Of a DNA stretch of 64,000 nt, positions 12,331-24,046 are shown piece by piece. This stretch comes from Gekko japonicus (lineage: Eukaryota), in contig NW_015172565.1 in NCBI RefSeq assembly GCF_001447785.1, forward strand, positions 347,947 through 411,946, given 5' to 3'. The notes below the pieces were generated by a model that saw nothing but the letters and a program-made list of their open reading frames with translations, had not been told where the DNA came from and ran no database searches. The position numbers and the translations under genes are program-made. Each line of letters begins with the position of its first letter. Position 1 is the stretch's first letter.

Positions 12331-13613
12331 GTTTGTCAAATGTTTATCTTAATCTAGTCTCTTTGTGAAATTAAAACTATAAGAAACCTGAGGGAGATTT
12401 GCAATTGCTGACAATTGCAGGTCTTTAACAGTTCTTTTTTTAGAGGGATCTTAAGAAATGCTGACAACATCACAGCAGCATAAATACTCCTTTACTCCTT
12501 AATCTACATAATGACTGCAGTCCAGGAGAAAGTGCCAAGTACATCTGGGAAGACACTGTTTCATAAAGCCAAAATAGTTTGAGGAATGAAGATTCCGTTT
12601 AATCCTTAGTACCATCTTCCCTTGAGACAGAGTTATGGTGACTATTCTGATATGCGACAACATTTCCTTTTCAATATGTTTTTGTATAAATGATTGTCAT
12701 CTTTTTCCTGGACTGTTTGGCTATTTTTCATCCACTGCTTAAAGAAAATGAAAACTACTGGCAGGAGGCTTATCCCATTCTGTATTTGATTTGCTCATGC
12801 CCATATTTCCTGGTGACCTCACTTTCATGTATCTTGCAGACGGAATCTTAAGAAGATAAATTCCATCTCTTTGGGTGGAAAGAGGGCAGTCCTATCTACA
12901 TTTCCCTTACTGCTGCACTTCATCCAGCTGCTGTCTTATTTGATCGAGTTTGAGCTCAAAACCAGTTATTTTTCAATCTTTTAGACTTGCAGAAATTGGA
13001 TTCTTGTGCTCTGTATGTTATTAGTACCATATGAGCCAGAAGCCTAAAGGAAAGGCTTTAGGATTGGGAAGGGCAAAATCAGTGCTGTGTGTGAACTGTG
13101 TGAACATGACAGGTGAAAGATATCAGAGGGTTGTTGATGACCTTGTTGAGGGAAAGTGTGACTATTAATCAGTAGTATAAATACCAAAATGTCTCTTACA
13201 GGTACCGTGGGTCTGGTTTTGTTGCTCTGCTTTGCATTTACCTACATGCATCAAGCACTACTCTTCCCATCTATTTGCCCCTTCTTAAGGAAACATGAAG
13301 TTTTTGAGCAAGTACAATTTATACAGAGTCTTTCCATTGCTCATGCAATCTCTTAATACTTTCTGGAGACACCTTTCCATGCAGACCTGAGTGTGGACCC
13401 CTCTTCTTTTAAAAAATTGTCTGCTAAAAACAGTCCCCAAATGTAGTGGAACTTTACATAAATGAGTAGAGAATACTACCATAATGCTGATGCCTGATTG
13501 TGTCAAGTTGTGTTTATTGAAAATACAGATTTCTAGAGAATGCAAGTACAGGATAACTGTGCTTTAATGTACTTAAGGACGTCACATTAATTTATTATCC
13601 TTGCTGTTTTCAG

Positions 13614-13700
13614 TGCATTTTCGGTATGTTGTATTTCACCCTTTTCTGGATGAAATTCTGGTTGGAGAGATAAAAGGCTGCAGTCTGGAAGGAGTCCGTG
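13614..13700 (+). CDS. POLR3H: POLR3H coding exon 3
   Basis: ttcag|[29 protein letters not shown]|gtaagt; 87 nt. Confidence 0.95.
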
Positions 13701-13796
13701 GTAAGTCTTAATTTTACTACTGAGGAGGTTGGAACTCAGAAGTAAGGAAGGAGTAAGTCCTGAAGGGAATGTCATTATAGTGGACTGCAACAGTGG

Positions 13797-14030
13797 AGAG
13801 CCAGTGTGGTGTAGTGGTGACTCTAATCTGGAAAAATGGGTTTGATTCCCCACTCCTCCATGTAAAGCCTGCTGGGTGACCTTGGGCCAGTCACAGTTCT
13901 CTCAAAACTCTCTCCCCCCCAGCTAGCTAACAAGGTGTCTATTGTGGGGAGAGGAAGGGAAGGCGACTGTAAGCCTTACAGAGACTCCTTACAGTAGAGC
14001 AAATTGGGGTATAAAGACCAACTGTTCTTT
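13797..14030 (+). mobile_element. tRNA-derived SINE (Squam3-like)
   Basis: gagagccagtgtggtgtagtgg head with A/B boxes; family repeated several times in the window. Confidence 0.75.
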
Positions 14031-14798
14031 TAAATTATTGGTATACTTGTTGAGTTGCCTGTCTGGAGGGTGTTCCGCCCACTTAGTAATGTCTAAAACT
14101 TGTTTTGAGCTGCCAGTTAACATCACTAGATTGCAGAACTTAACCACTTGAAGTGTGGGAATTATGTTTCTCCCCCCAGGGAACTGAGGACAAAGGACCC
14201 TAAATGTGCAACTAATTCCCAACTGCTTTGAACCCAAGACAGTGTGCTGCTATCATACTGATATTGAGGCCTCTTTTGGTCCTGAATGCAGTGTATCTTA
14301 AATTTGTAAGCCACTTGGATTGTCCAGTTCTCTGTGTTGCCTGGCCTGTGAGAAAGACATTTATTGGGATAGGATGTTAACATGGAATATCAGTTCAAAG
14401 GAAGCTACTGTTCCTTTTGTGTTTGCTTTTAACTTGATTGTAGTTGCCTGTAGTAACTGGAATCTCTCCTTTGTAGCCGTATGACATTGCCAAAAAGCCT
14501 GTGCACACCAAGGAGTGGTAGGCTTTATTTTTTTCAAAAGCAAATAACACATACATAGCGGGAGAAGAAGAGAAGAATATCACTTGTGGTTTAAAGTATT
14601 ATAGTGCCAATAACAGATTTGTTTGGATGTTCAGATATATTAAAGGCAGCTTTAATACTGTGCTATAGCAGGGAGAATGCTGAGTCTGTGTTCAAAATCT
14701 TATTCTGGAGTGTCACTGGGTAACCTAGGAAAGCCTTTAAAATGTGGTGTCACATTTTGCCTGAATAATCTCTATATTAATTTGAATTCTTCCTGCAG

Positions 14799-14862
14799 TT
14801 TCTCTTGGGTTTTTTGATGACATCATCATTCCTCCAGAATCTCTACAGCAACCTGCCAAGTT
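14799..14862 (+). CDS. POLR3H: POLR3H coding exon 4
   Basis: tgcag|[22 protein letters not shown]|gtatcttt; 64 nt; followed by a U12-type donor. Confidence 0.95.
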
Positions 14863-15330
14863 GTATCTTTTGAACAGCTTCACCCTGACTGATGTATAAA
14901 AATGTGCTTATCTTAAAACCGACCCTGTGTGTACAAAGCATGATAAGTTGCTTTGTTGCAACATGTTCTGGCCACTATCATTAAAGAATGGCCAATCAGT
15001 GTAACAGCTGCCCTGAGCCTGCTTGTGGGGAGGGCGGGGTATAAGTTTGATAAAATAAATAAGCCACCAGAAAAAGCATGTGCAGAATTTTTTAGTTTCC
15101 GCAGACTAGTGTAGTGGAGGGCAATGGAGAGAGTAAGCATATGTGGCTGGGTCAGCTGAGGGCTGGTAAATAGTAGTCATCTACTTGGCTTCCATCATTT
15201 ATATACTAATTGCCAAGACGCCCCCTCTGTGCAGATATCTAAATCCGCACATCGGGGGCACTTGGAGGGCAAAGAGATTTCCCTCCACACTTGGGGCAGT
15301 CCTCAGGTGTGCAGGAGAATCTGAAAAGTA

Positions 15331-15605
15331 GAGAGCCAGTTTGGTGTAGTGGTTAAGTGTGCGGACTCTAATCTGGGAGAACTGGGCTTGATTCCCCACT
15401 CCTCCACTTGCACCTGCTCATGTGACCTTGGGTCAGTCACAAGCTCTGGCACAGCTGTCCTTGAAAAAGAGCAGTTTGTGTCAGAGTTCTCTCAGCCCCA
15501 CCCACCTCACAGGGTGTCTGTTGTGGGGAGGGGAACGGAAAGGAGTTTGTAAGCCACTCTGAGACTCCAAGTGAAGAGCAGGGTATAAATCCAATCTCTT
15601 CTTCT
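15331..15605 (+). mobile_element. tRNA-derived SINE (Squam3-like)
   Basis: gagagccagtttggtgtagtggttaag head, (CTT)n tail. Confidence 0.8.
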
Positions 15606-15695
15606 ATATGGGGGATATTTAAATCCCCCAAAAAGTAAAAGAGCGTTCCCTGTGCTCTGGGAACTCTGCCTCACTGCCGTTAGGGGGGGATGCTT

Positions 15696-16000
15696 GGCAG
15701 GCCAGTGGCTGGAAACCGCTCAGGCCTCGGTGCCAAGGGGACAGTAGAAGGCTCAGCAGGCCCAGCGGCTGGAAGCTGCTCAGACCTCACCACTGCGGGT
15801 GGGGGGGGGCGGGAGAAAGCTCAGCGGGCCTGGCAGCTTGAAGCCGCTCTGGCCTCGTCGCCGGTGCTGGGGGTGGGTGGGAGAAGGCTCAGAGGGCCCA
15901 ACGGCTGGAAGCTGCCCAGATCTTGCCATTGCTGCGGGGGGGGTGGGAGGAGAAGGCTCGGAGGGTCCAGTGGCTGGGAGCTGCTCAGGCCTCGCCGCCA
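15696..16000. repeat. GC-rich minisatellite, about 5 diverged units of 60-70 nt
   Basis: Recurring gaaggctcag..ggccca.cggctggaagctgctcaggcctcg motif. Confidence 0.75.
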
Positions 16001-16377
16001 GGGAGGGAAAAGGCTTACCTGCGGCCACTTCCTCCTTAGTGCTGAGTTGCTTCTGGAGGCTGGGAGCCTTTGGGAATCCTCCTCCCCGTAACCCCCCCCC
16101 CCGCAAGTATTGCGGGTCCCGCTTCTTGTATACTCTTATCTCCACCAAGAATTCCTTCCTAATCACTTCCCAAGACCTGCATTGGGTTCTGTTTTCTTGC
16201 AGTGCAAACTAAAACAGGGTATGTGTTAGTAGATACAGCATGGTTTGTACATGAAGCAGAGTGAGAGAGGGCTACATAAAGAGATGAATGATGGGATTTA
16301 AAATACAGAAAGGGTTTCATGTTATGAACTTCAGTGCCTTGTTACTGTATTTCTGCCTTAACCTTTAATATGGCCAG

Positions 16378-16585
16378 TGATGAAGCTGAGCAGGTGTGGG
16401 TCTGGGAATATGAGACTGAAGAAGGAGCCCATGATCTGTATATGGATACAGGGGAGGAGATCCGTTTCCGTGTGGTGGATGAGACCTTCATTGATACATC
16501 CCCAACAGGCCCAAGCTCTGCACAGCCTTCTACCTCTGGTGCTGCAGATGAGGCCCAGAAGAAGGAGGCTCCCTATACTCTTGTG
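16378..16585 (+). CDS. POLR3H: POLR3H coding exon 5
   Basis: gccag|[47 protein letters not shown]...KKEAPYTLV|gtaaat; 208 nt. Confidence 0.96.
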
Positions 16586-17047
16586 GTAAATAACAAAGCT
16601 TCTCTCTGCACAGCCATTTGATATTAACTCTACTCAAAAGACCTTAAGTCAAAGCTAACATTGCACCATGGTGGTCACACACGAGGAAAGGATGCCAGAG
16701 AAATAGAAGATCCCAACACCAGCTGATAGGTTGCGTGTCTCAAAACAATGGGGCAGAATTTGGTAGATGAGTAACAATTAGCATGTGCAGCTATGCACAC
16801 TTGTTCTTGAGAAATGTGTGTGTGGTGTGTAATCAAAATCTAAACCTGTGATTAAGCATACAAGCTGTTGTATATCCTCAGGGGTAGGGGTGTTTTTTCA
16901 AATAGCCATTATTTTAAGTCATATTATCTTAAAATCCTTGTTGACCACCATTTAATGGAATGCTCAGAATATAGACGAATACTACAAAGGTTAAATGACT
17001 AATGGCAATGTTCTTAAAACTTTAATCTGTATTCTTTCTCTGGACAG

Positions 17048-17101
17048 GGATCAATCAGTGAACCTGGCCTAGGCCTCCTATCCTGGTGGACAAACAGTTA
17101 A
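17048..17101 (+). CDS. POLR3H: POLR3H last coding exon
   Basis: gacag|GSISEPGLGLLSWWTNS*; the six exons total 621 nt = 206 aa plus stop, no disruptions. Confidence 0.95.
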   Translation, partial: GSISEPGLGLLSWWTNS

Positions 17102-18174
17102 CCAGTGGGAGAGACTATTCTGAACCATGGAACTTTGCAAACTGGAAAAGCCTACTTTATCTTCTATGGACAATGGCAGTGAAAAGGCAACTTTGTTTTC
17201 TCACTTCTGCTTTGCATCAGGTCCACATCAATCTGAGTGGGAGCATCTAGTGTGATATCTGCACAGAAGAACAATCTATGAAGCTCTGACAGTGTACACT
17301 CAGAAGGTTCTGATCCCTCTAATAAGTGGGATTGTGTAAAAGTTCTTATGAATTCAGCCTGGAAAAACATTTAAAGCAGATAAATGAAATCATCCTCAAT
17401 GAGAGTTCTTGGAGGAGCGAAGTATTTCATACTGCTGCTTTTCATTTCATGATGTGATGGAAATGGGGAGGATGTTGTGAAAGCTAGCCCTTGCTTTGAC
17501 TGCTTTTGTTCCATTTCCCCCATTAGAATGGAGATTCTTCCATTAGCCAAGAGTGTCTGGGAAAGCAATGAGCTGGCCCTTCACAATTAACAAACCTTGG
17601 TGAGGAAGCCTCAGGCAGGAATCTGGCCCACAAGTGGGCTGAAATGTTGCCAAAAGGACCCTAAGCAAGTGCCCTTCCTAATCCTACTGTTTTCTGGGAA
17701 AACACACACCTGCCATCGTGTTTAGCTGTGATATTGCATGGATTTGGGTGGGTAATATTGTTTTCTGTAAACAAGACCTGAAAGCAACTAGAAGACTGAT
17801 CACTCATCTAAATGGATCTTTCATGCTATTGCATGACTGATGAAAAAATTCAGTTATCTGCTGCTAGTTTTCAATATTAGGAGGCAGATGTTTCTGCCTT
17901 ATGGCTGAGAGCTTTTCAGCCATTGAATGTGCGTGCAGAAGTTGACAGCGGGTGCTGAAACTCTTGTCTTCTGAACAGAAAATAATCACTTCCAATTGGA
18001 GAAGCAGTGGTGTAGGAATGAAGCCTGTAAGAGATTGGGCACCTGGCAAAGGGTGACAACTGTAATATATAACAAATTTCTGTATCTTATGTGGTGTTAC
18101 TGAATTAGTTTCTGGAGGATTATCCCTGTGAGGATTCCTCTAAAGCACCTTAGATGCTATTTAGCTGAAATTGT

Positions 18175-18180
18175 AATAAA
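18175..18180 (+). terminator. Probable POLR3H polyadenylation signal
   Basis: First AATAAA noticed after the stop codon (about 1.07 kb 3'UTR), followed by T-rich sequence. Confidence 0.55.
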
Positions 18181-19089
18181 ACTTGATAATGGATTTTCCT
18201 TTCATATTTATACTGTGTAGCAATGGCTAGAGGATTTTTGAAATAGTTCTGTAGACATCACTTCAAAAACTTTGAAACACAAACTGGAGAGTCTTGATTA
18301 CTGGACCTGGAGGGCAATTGGATAAGATGCATATACCATATTTACTGAAAAGACAACCCTGAATGGAAGACACCCCCATATTATACACCCCAAAAGGTTA
18401 TTATAGGATATAGCTATAATTTGTATGTAAGATGACCTCCCCCATCCCCATTTTAATGGCATATTAACACACACACCCCAATGTTGCATTTGACTAATAC
18501 CGTAATGTATGGCTTATTGCAGTTCCTGTTGGTGGTATTTTCTTTTCAGGGGGCAGAGCCTTTTTTGTAACGTATGTACGAATGTGGACCACTACTGGTG
18601 AAATTCATAAACATTTAACTGCTTTTATTTAGACTGTAGTCCTAAAGATTGATCTGGAAACAAAGTACTAACTATAGCCAAATTTTAATGAGCTTCAAAC
18701 AAGGCCTCCACTGGTCTTTTTAGGGCTTTGTCAATCTGTACAACATTAGTTGGATTCAGCAGTTCACTAGCAGAAGGCCCTAATGGTCATTGGATCTTTC
18801 TTGTTTACCATCCCCTCTGATAGCCTGCTGACAGAAAAAGAGAGGGTGACTTTGCTCCCTTCCACTCCTCACTGCAGCCCACTGACCTAGGTGGCTGTTA
18901 CTCCCTATGTTAACTTTGTTGAGGTAAGAAGGGATTTGTTGGGAGAGGGGAAAGTGCAGAAAATCTGTGATCCTTACATTAAGTAGATTGCTGGATCAAA
19001 CCCATTATGTTGCTCTTTTATCCACTGATCCATAGTTCTTGCTTTTTGTGCTACTTGTTGCTGGAACAGGTCCAGAGAAACAGATACAC

Positions 19090-19404
19090 CAGGCATGTCC
19101 AAGTTCGAACAGGTAGTGATCTGTTTTTTTCCAGCCAAAAGTGCCGGTGATCTACCACCATATAAATAAAGTTTCAAATTAGTTTCAAATTAGATTTTAA
19201 CCCACTAAAGTTGGGTTCCTCCGCCGCCCCACCATTTATAATGCACCTTCTGTCAGAAAGAACTGCGAACATTTTTTACCACCAATCATAAAAAAACCCC
19301 AAACACCTGCCCAGCAAACCAGGAGACCAAGTAAGGCTGGTGATCTACCTCTGACCTCTCCGCGATCTACTGGTAGATTGCGATCTACCTGTTGGACATA
19401 CCTG
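19090..19404. mobile_element. hAT-type MITE
   Basis: TIRs caggcatgtccaa / ttggacatacctg; 8-bp TSD agatacac / gcatacac; internal gatctac repeats. Confidence 0.75.
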
Positions 19405-20097
19405 GCATACACTATTAAAATAAATTTTAGATACACATGGAATTTGGTAGTGCCATGCCTCTTTGAAGTTGCCTTTAACAGCAAAATGTATTTGTTGGAG
19501 ATCACATGGATCCTGTCTTGTGCTTTGTGTAGCCATATAACCCAGAATATTTAATCACAGGTGTAGAATATAACCCCGGAAGTGTCAAGCTTTGTCATTT
19601 GTCCTTAATGGCTTCAAAAAGTGCACCTTATGTAGAAGAGGAAAAAAATCTTGTTTGTATGGCTTAGTCTCACAGCTAGTTACTCCATTAAGCTAAAGCA
19701 AAGGGCAAATCTGCTAGAACACAAGGTGGCTAAAGTTCACAGGTAAGCTGCTCTGCTAGTGCTGGACCTCAGCAGTTGCATTGTTCGGAGTTAGAGGTGA
19801 CTTTCCTACTAATTTATCCTGTCCTTCCCTATTCCATGATAATGACTCACAGGTTCCCAACCTTATTGTTAGAAAAGATATACATATTGTATGTTTTGAT
19901 ATGCTAATTTAAGTTGTATAAATTGGAGGCTATGATGAATCATCTAAAAAACTTTAACTGGGTGACAGCAGTAGCAAAAAAAAATACATAGAATGTTTAT
20001 TTAAAGCAAAAAAAAAAATCCCTATGAAATTAACACCCATACTTGAAGAATTATAACTCAAAACTTTCTTCCAGAATTTATACTTCAGTTAGTTTAA

Positions 20098-20750
20098 TGT
20101 TGTTGTTGTTCAGTCGCACAGTTGAGTCTGACTCTTCGCAACCCCATGGACCACATCACGCCAGGCCCTTCTGTCTTCCGTCATCCTCTGGAGTTTGCTT
20201 AATTTCATGTTCATTGCATCGATAACACTGTCTAACCATCTCATCCTTTGCCATCCCCTTCTTTGACCATCAATCTTTCCCAGCATCAGGGTCTTCTCCA
20301 GTGAGTGCTCCCTTCTCATTTGGCGGCCAAAGTATTTGAGGTTCAGCTTCAGTATCTGGCCTTCCAGGGAACAGTCAGGGCCACTAGTTCACGGATTCCC
20401 AAGATGTCAATGTTCAGTCTTGTCATCTCATTTTTGACCATATCCAACTTACCTTAATAAATCTTACATTCCAGGTTCCTTTGCAGTATTGTTCTTTGCA
20501 GCATCGGACTTTCCTTTCACCATCAGACACATCCAAAGCTGAGTGTCCTTAATGGCTTTGGCCCAGCCGCTTCACTCTTTCTGGGGCTACTTGTACTTGC
20601 CCTCTGCTCTTCCCCAGTAACATATTGGACACCTTCCGACCTAAGGGGCTCATCTTCTGGCGTCCTATCTTTTAGCTTTTTGTTACTGTCCATGGGGTTT
20701 TCTTGGAGTGGGTTGCCATTTCCTTCTCCAGTGGATCACGTTTTGTCTGA
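20098..20750 (-). mobile_element. BovB/RTE LINE 3' fragment with internal deletions
   Basis: Minus-strand ORF MRREHSLEKTLMLGKIDGQRRGWQRMRWLD typical of the BovB RT C-terminus; (CAA)n tail. Confidence 0.88.
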
Positions 20751-20949
20751 TGTTTTCTCTAGACTAATACCTTAGATTGCATCTTTGTAAATTTTGAACA
20801 ATACATTTGGGAGAATAGTAACATTTGCATGAATATAGTGCTGTTCTAATAAGATGGCTGTTCTAAGATAAAACTTACTACCATTTGTAGTATAAAACCT
20901 TGGAAATACATTTGCTGGCTAGAAAAAATTGTTAAAACAATCAGCTTGA

Positions 20950-21126
20950 TGTTTCCCTTCTCTGTGTAGAGTACTGTCAAGTTGCAGCCAACTTAGGGTG
21001 ACCCCATAGGGTTTTCAAGGCAAGAGCCGCTCAAGGCTTTCTTGGTGCTTTCCCATCCAAATACTGACCAGGGCCAACCCTGCTTAGCTTCTGCGATTGG
21101 GCTAGTCTGGGCCACCCAGTTCAGGG
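20950..21126 (-). mobile_element. 5S rRNA-derived SINE, degenerate
   Basis: Minus strand gaagctaagcagggttggccctggtcagtatttggatggga matches the 5S internal promoter region; RTE-like tail. Confidence 0.7.
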
Positions 21127-21897
21127 TATGTTTCCTTTACTTTTAATTAAACTGGAGCAATTCCTAAATTTGGCACAGCTGTCATCCTTCCTCCTTTTCA
21201 TTTTGATATAGATGGCTATTATGCTGGTGTCCCTGCTCCAATGTTTTGCCCTGAAGAAAGGAGGGGGAGCCCAGAACAGCCTCTCATATTTTTTAAATAG
21301 AAGGCCAAGAGCAGGAGAGTTAGCATTAAAGGGGCTGAACTACATGCAGGAAATCCAAAATGTATTTGTCCTTTCCCCCCCTTTTCTTAGCAAACTACAG
21401 CGGGGGGGGGGGGGGTTAACCATTTTCCTAGTGTGATCTTCAGCCAGATGAAAAATATAATTTTGTTTAGGAAACAAAAAACCCACAACCCACTCTGTCC
21501 TTGGGCTTTGATGCTCATACAGAGACGTTTTAGTTGTTGTTGTTGTTTTGGGGGGGGGAGAAAAAACAGCAGATCTGGTCCCAGGTCTTGCACATAAGGG
21601 TGGCTTCAGCCTAAAGCATCGCCAGCTTTGGAAGGAAGCTACTGCCAACAAGCTTTTTGCGCACCGATGGATTCGTGGTGGTTTCCCTGTACATCGCCTT
21701 AGCCCTAAGCGGCCAGGCGTCTCGTACATATAGATGTTATTTCACAGGTGAAGCCTCTGACAGTATACCCACCTTGTCTACTCTGACCCTATACTTAAGT
21801 TAGCGTGCTGTTGGAGAAGGGGAAGACGCTAATCAGCCTTGCCAACATGAAGGCTGCTGGACGAAGGAAGGGTCCATGGCGGAGCGGCTCTTCATAC

Positions 21898-21924
21898 GGA
21901 AATTACCCTCAGCCGCGCGGCTTT
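21898..21924 (-). pseudogene. Decayed duplicate of NUP205 exon 1 (ATG changed to AAA, 1-nt deletion before a retained GTATGA donor)
   Basis: ccaagaaagccgcgcggctgagggtaatt vs ccaaaatggcggcgccgttggcggtaatt, 21/29 ungapped; reads KAARLRVIS vs MAAPLAVIS; flanks colinear with the NUP205 promoter. Confidence 0.8.
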
Positions 21925-22330
21925 CTTGGAAAACTCGTTCAGTGGTCGTCGCTCGACCTAAAGCGCCGCCGTTGACGAGAGGCCCGCAAAGTGCCAGAGA
22001 CGACAAAGCTAGTGCCGGTGTAGAAACTCCACTTTCCCCACACGCCGCTACCTGCTGGCGCAGTTTCTCGAAATACTCTTTTAAGACCCTGGGCCACTGT
22101 TGCTTTATAAACCTCAGGGTCTTCCAGGTTGAGAATCCGAACCTTAGGAGTACTGGCGAGGTGGTTTTTACTAACCCCGAAAGTGAGGACCTGACAGCAA
22201 TGGAAATTGGGAGCTGTAGTTCCTGGACCCTCTCGGCGGGAAAGGAGATTGAAGAGTTTTTAGACGACTTCGTTGTCTGCGACGGCGTCAAATATAATTT
22301 TGTCTGAGAAAGAGGTTCAATTAAACTGCT
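21925..22330 (-). promoter_or_regulatory. Duplicate of the NUP205 promoter (orphan CpG island)
   Basis: tgggagctgtagt at 22208-22220 and ggcgggaaa at 22235-22243 in the same order and similar spacing as at 6638-6682; several additional colinear blocks. Confidence 0.75.
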
Positions 22331-22622
22331 AATTTCAGGCGAGGGGGCTACAATCACAGGGTTACATGACAGAACAGGTCCACAATTATAATGATCTTGA
22401 GGAATTCTTAAAAGACATGCCAAGAACACTTTTAATCTCCACTGGGGGGACGGACTCTGTTATTGCCATATGTAAAACAGAAGGGAGCGACTTCTAAATT
22501 AACCTTCTCATCAGTTTGTTAAATTTGATTTGCAAGTTATGCTAATTTGCTAATATTTTTTTACTCCTCCCTCCACACACTGGTGAGGGGATGTGATCTT
22601 CTGCACATCACTGGATGTGGTT

Positions 22623-22974
22623 AAAGGTAAAGGTAAAAGTTCCCTTGCTCGAAAGCCAGTCGAATCCGACTCTAGGGTAGCGGTGCTCATCTCCGTTTCA
22701 AAGCTGAAGAGCCAGCGCTGTCCGAAGACGTTTCCGTGGTCACGTGGCCGGCATGACTAAACGCCAAGGCGCACGGAACGCTGTTACCTTCCCACCGAAG
22801 TGGTACCTATTTATCTACTTGCAATTTCTTGCTTTCAAACTGCTAGGTTGGCAGGAGCTGGAACTAGAGATGGGAGCTCACTCCATCATGCGGCACCCGG
22901 GTCTCGAACTGCTGAACTACTGACCTTCCACAGCCTGCAGTTCAGCGTCTTAACCACTTGAGCCACCGCAGCTC
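22623..22974 (-). mobile_element. Sauria SINE, full length
   Basis: tRNA-like head gagctgcggtggctcaagtggttaag, body near-identical to 10166-10449, (ACCTTT)n tail. Confidence 0.9.
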
Positions 22975-23042
22975 AATTACACCACAGCAATTCTTTGCAG
23001 CTGGCCACACTGGAAAATAGCGGCTGAAACGCCCTGTCTGAA

Positions 23043-23125
23043 CGCACCCTTAATGTGAAATAGCCAACACCATGTGGATGCAGCGCACCCTTAATGTGAA
23101 ATAGCCAACACTATGTGGATGCAGC
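23043..23125. repeat. 41-bp tandem duplication
   Basis: cgcacccttaatgtgaaatagccaacac(c/t)atgtggatgcag occurs twice. Confidence 0.9.
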
Positions 23126-23818
23126 CTTCCGTGGATGTAGATTTAATTGATTTCAGTTGACAATCACTGCATTTACAATAATAATAATAATAATGCTTTC
23201 GATTTATTAATCGCTTTCCCCACAAGTGGGCTCAAAGTGATTTACAGTTACTCTTTAGACAGGGGACTAACAATGTTTTTCATAGGGGATAGGGAAGACA
23301 ACATATAATTCATTTAAGTTGCACACGCCGTACTGTCCGATGGAAAAGCCTGTGGCTTTTATATAGAGGAGACAAAGTACTATCATTATATTCTTATTTA
23401 AGGAAGCCCTTATGGCTGGTTAGGAATATGATAGGGCTTAGCTTCTAATGCCACCAGCAGCTGGAAGGTGAGGCTCAGAGTGGAGGACTAACATCTGGGA
23501 TGCTTCCCCCCACCATCATGTCAGCAAAGAACCCCAGCTTTTTGCATTCAACTATTTTGTGAAGCATCTTTTATTGTAAAACACCAAAACTGGACCTACA
23601 TCTTCAAAGACAGAGTTACTGAACATCATTCTCTATGAGAAGCATATCCTGAGAAGGCAAGTTTTGCTCCAGGCATTTCCATTCATACCCACTCATCTAC
23701 TAAGCTGATTAACTGAAACTGAGCACTGATTACACAGCATTTGCTTAATGTATTTCATTAAGCCTCCAAAAACAAACAAAACTATTCCCTTAACTCATTT
23801 ATCTATCAATAGATAGTA

Positions 23819-24046
23819 AAAAGGTAAAGGTTCCCTTGCTCGAAAGCCAGTCGAGTCCGACTCTAGGGTTGCGGGGCTCATCTCCGTTTCAAAGCCGAAG
23901 AGCCAGCGCTGTCTGAAGACGTTTCCGTGGCCATGTGGCCGGCATGACTAAACACCAAGGCGCACGGAACGCTGTTACCTTCCCACTGAAGTGGTCCCTA
24001 TTTATCTACTTGCAATTTCTTGCTTTCGAACTGTTCGGTTGGCGGG
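23819..24046 (-). mobile_element. Sauria SINE, 5'-truncated
   Basis: 14-bp TSD atcaatagatagta at 23805-23818 and 24047-24060. Confidence 0.9.

Larger units (their letters stand above)
14863..16377 (+). other. U12-type (minor spliceosome) GT-AG intron of POLR3H
   Basis: Donor GTATCTTT (consensus RTATCCTT), branch CCTTAAC at 16356-16362 close to the AG, no polypyrimidine tract. Confidence 0.85.

Noticed and set aside
15696-16000. CRISPR-like repeat-spacer array
   Set aside because: Eukaryotic intron; units are homologous throughout with no unique spacers
10842-17101. POLR3H as a retrocopy or pseudogene
   Set aside because: All introns are present and the reading frame is intact
21040-21126. 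5S rRNA gene
   Set aside because: Partial, diverged and fused to an RTE-type tail, so a SINE
22040-22220. Pol III type-3 (U6-like) ncRNA gene suggested by TATA and SPH/ZNF143 motifs
   Set aside because: No PSE at the proper spacing and no recognisable RNA; explained better by the promoter duplication
21876-22307. 143-aa plus-strand ORF (MAERLFIRK...) as a novel gene
   Set aside because: No recognisable domain; lies antisense over the duplicated NUP205 promoter, where GC richness makes open frames common
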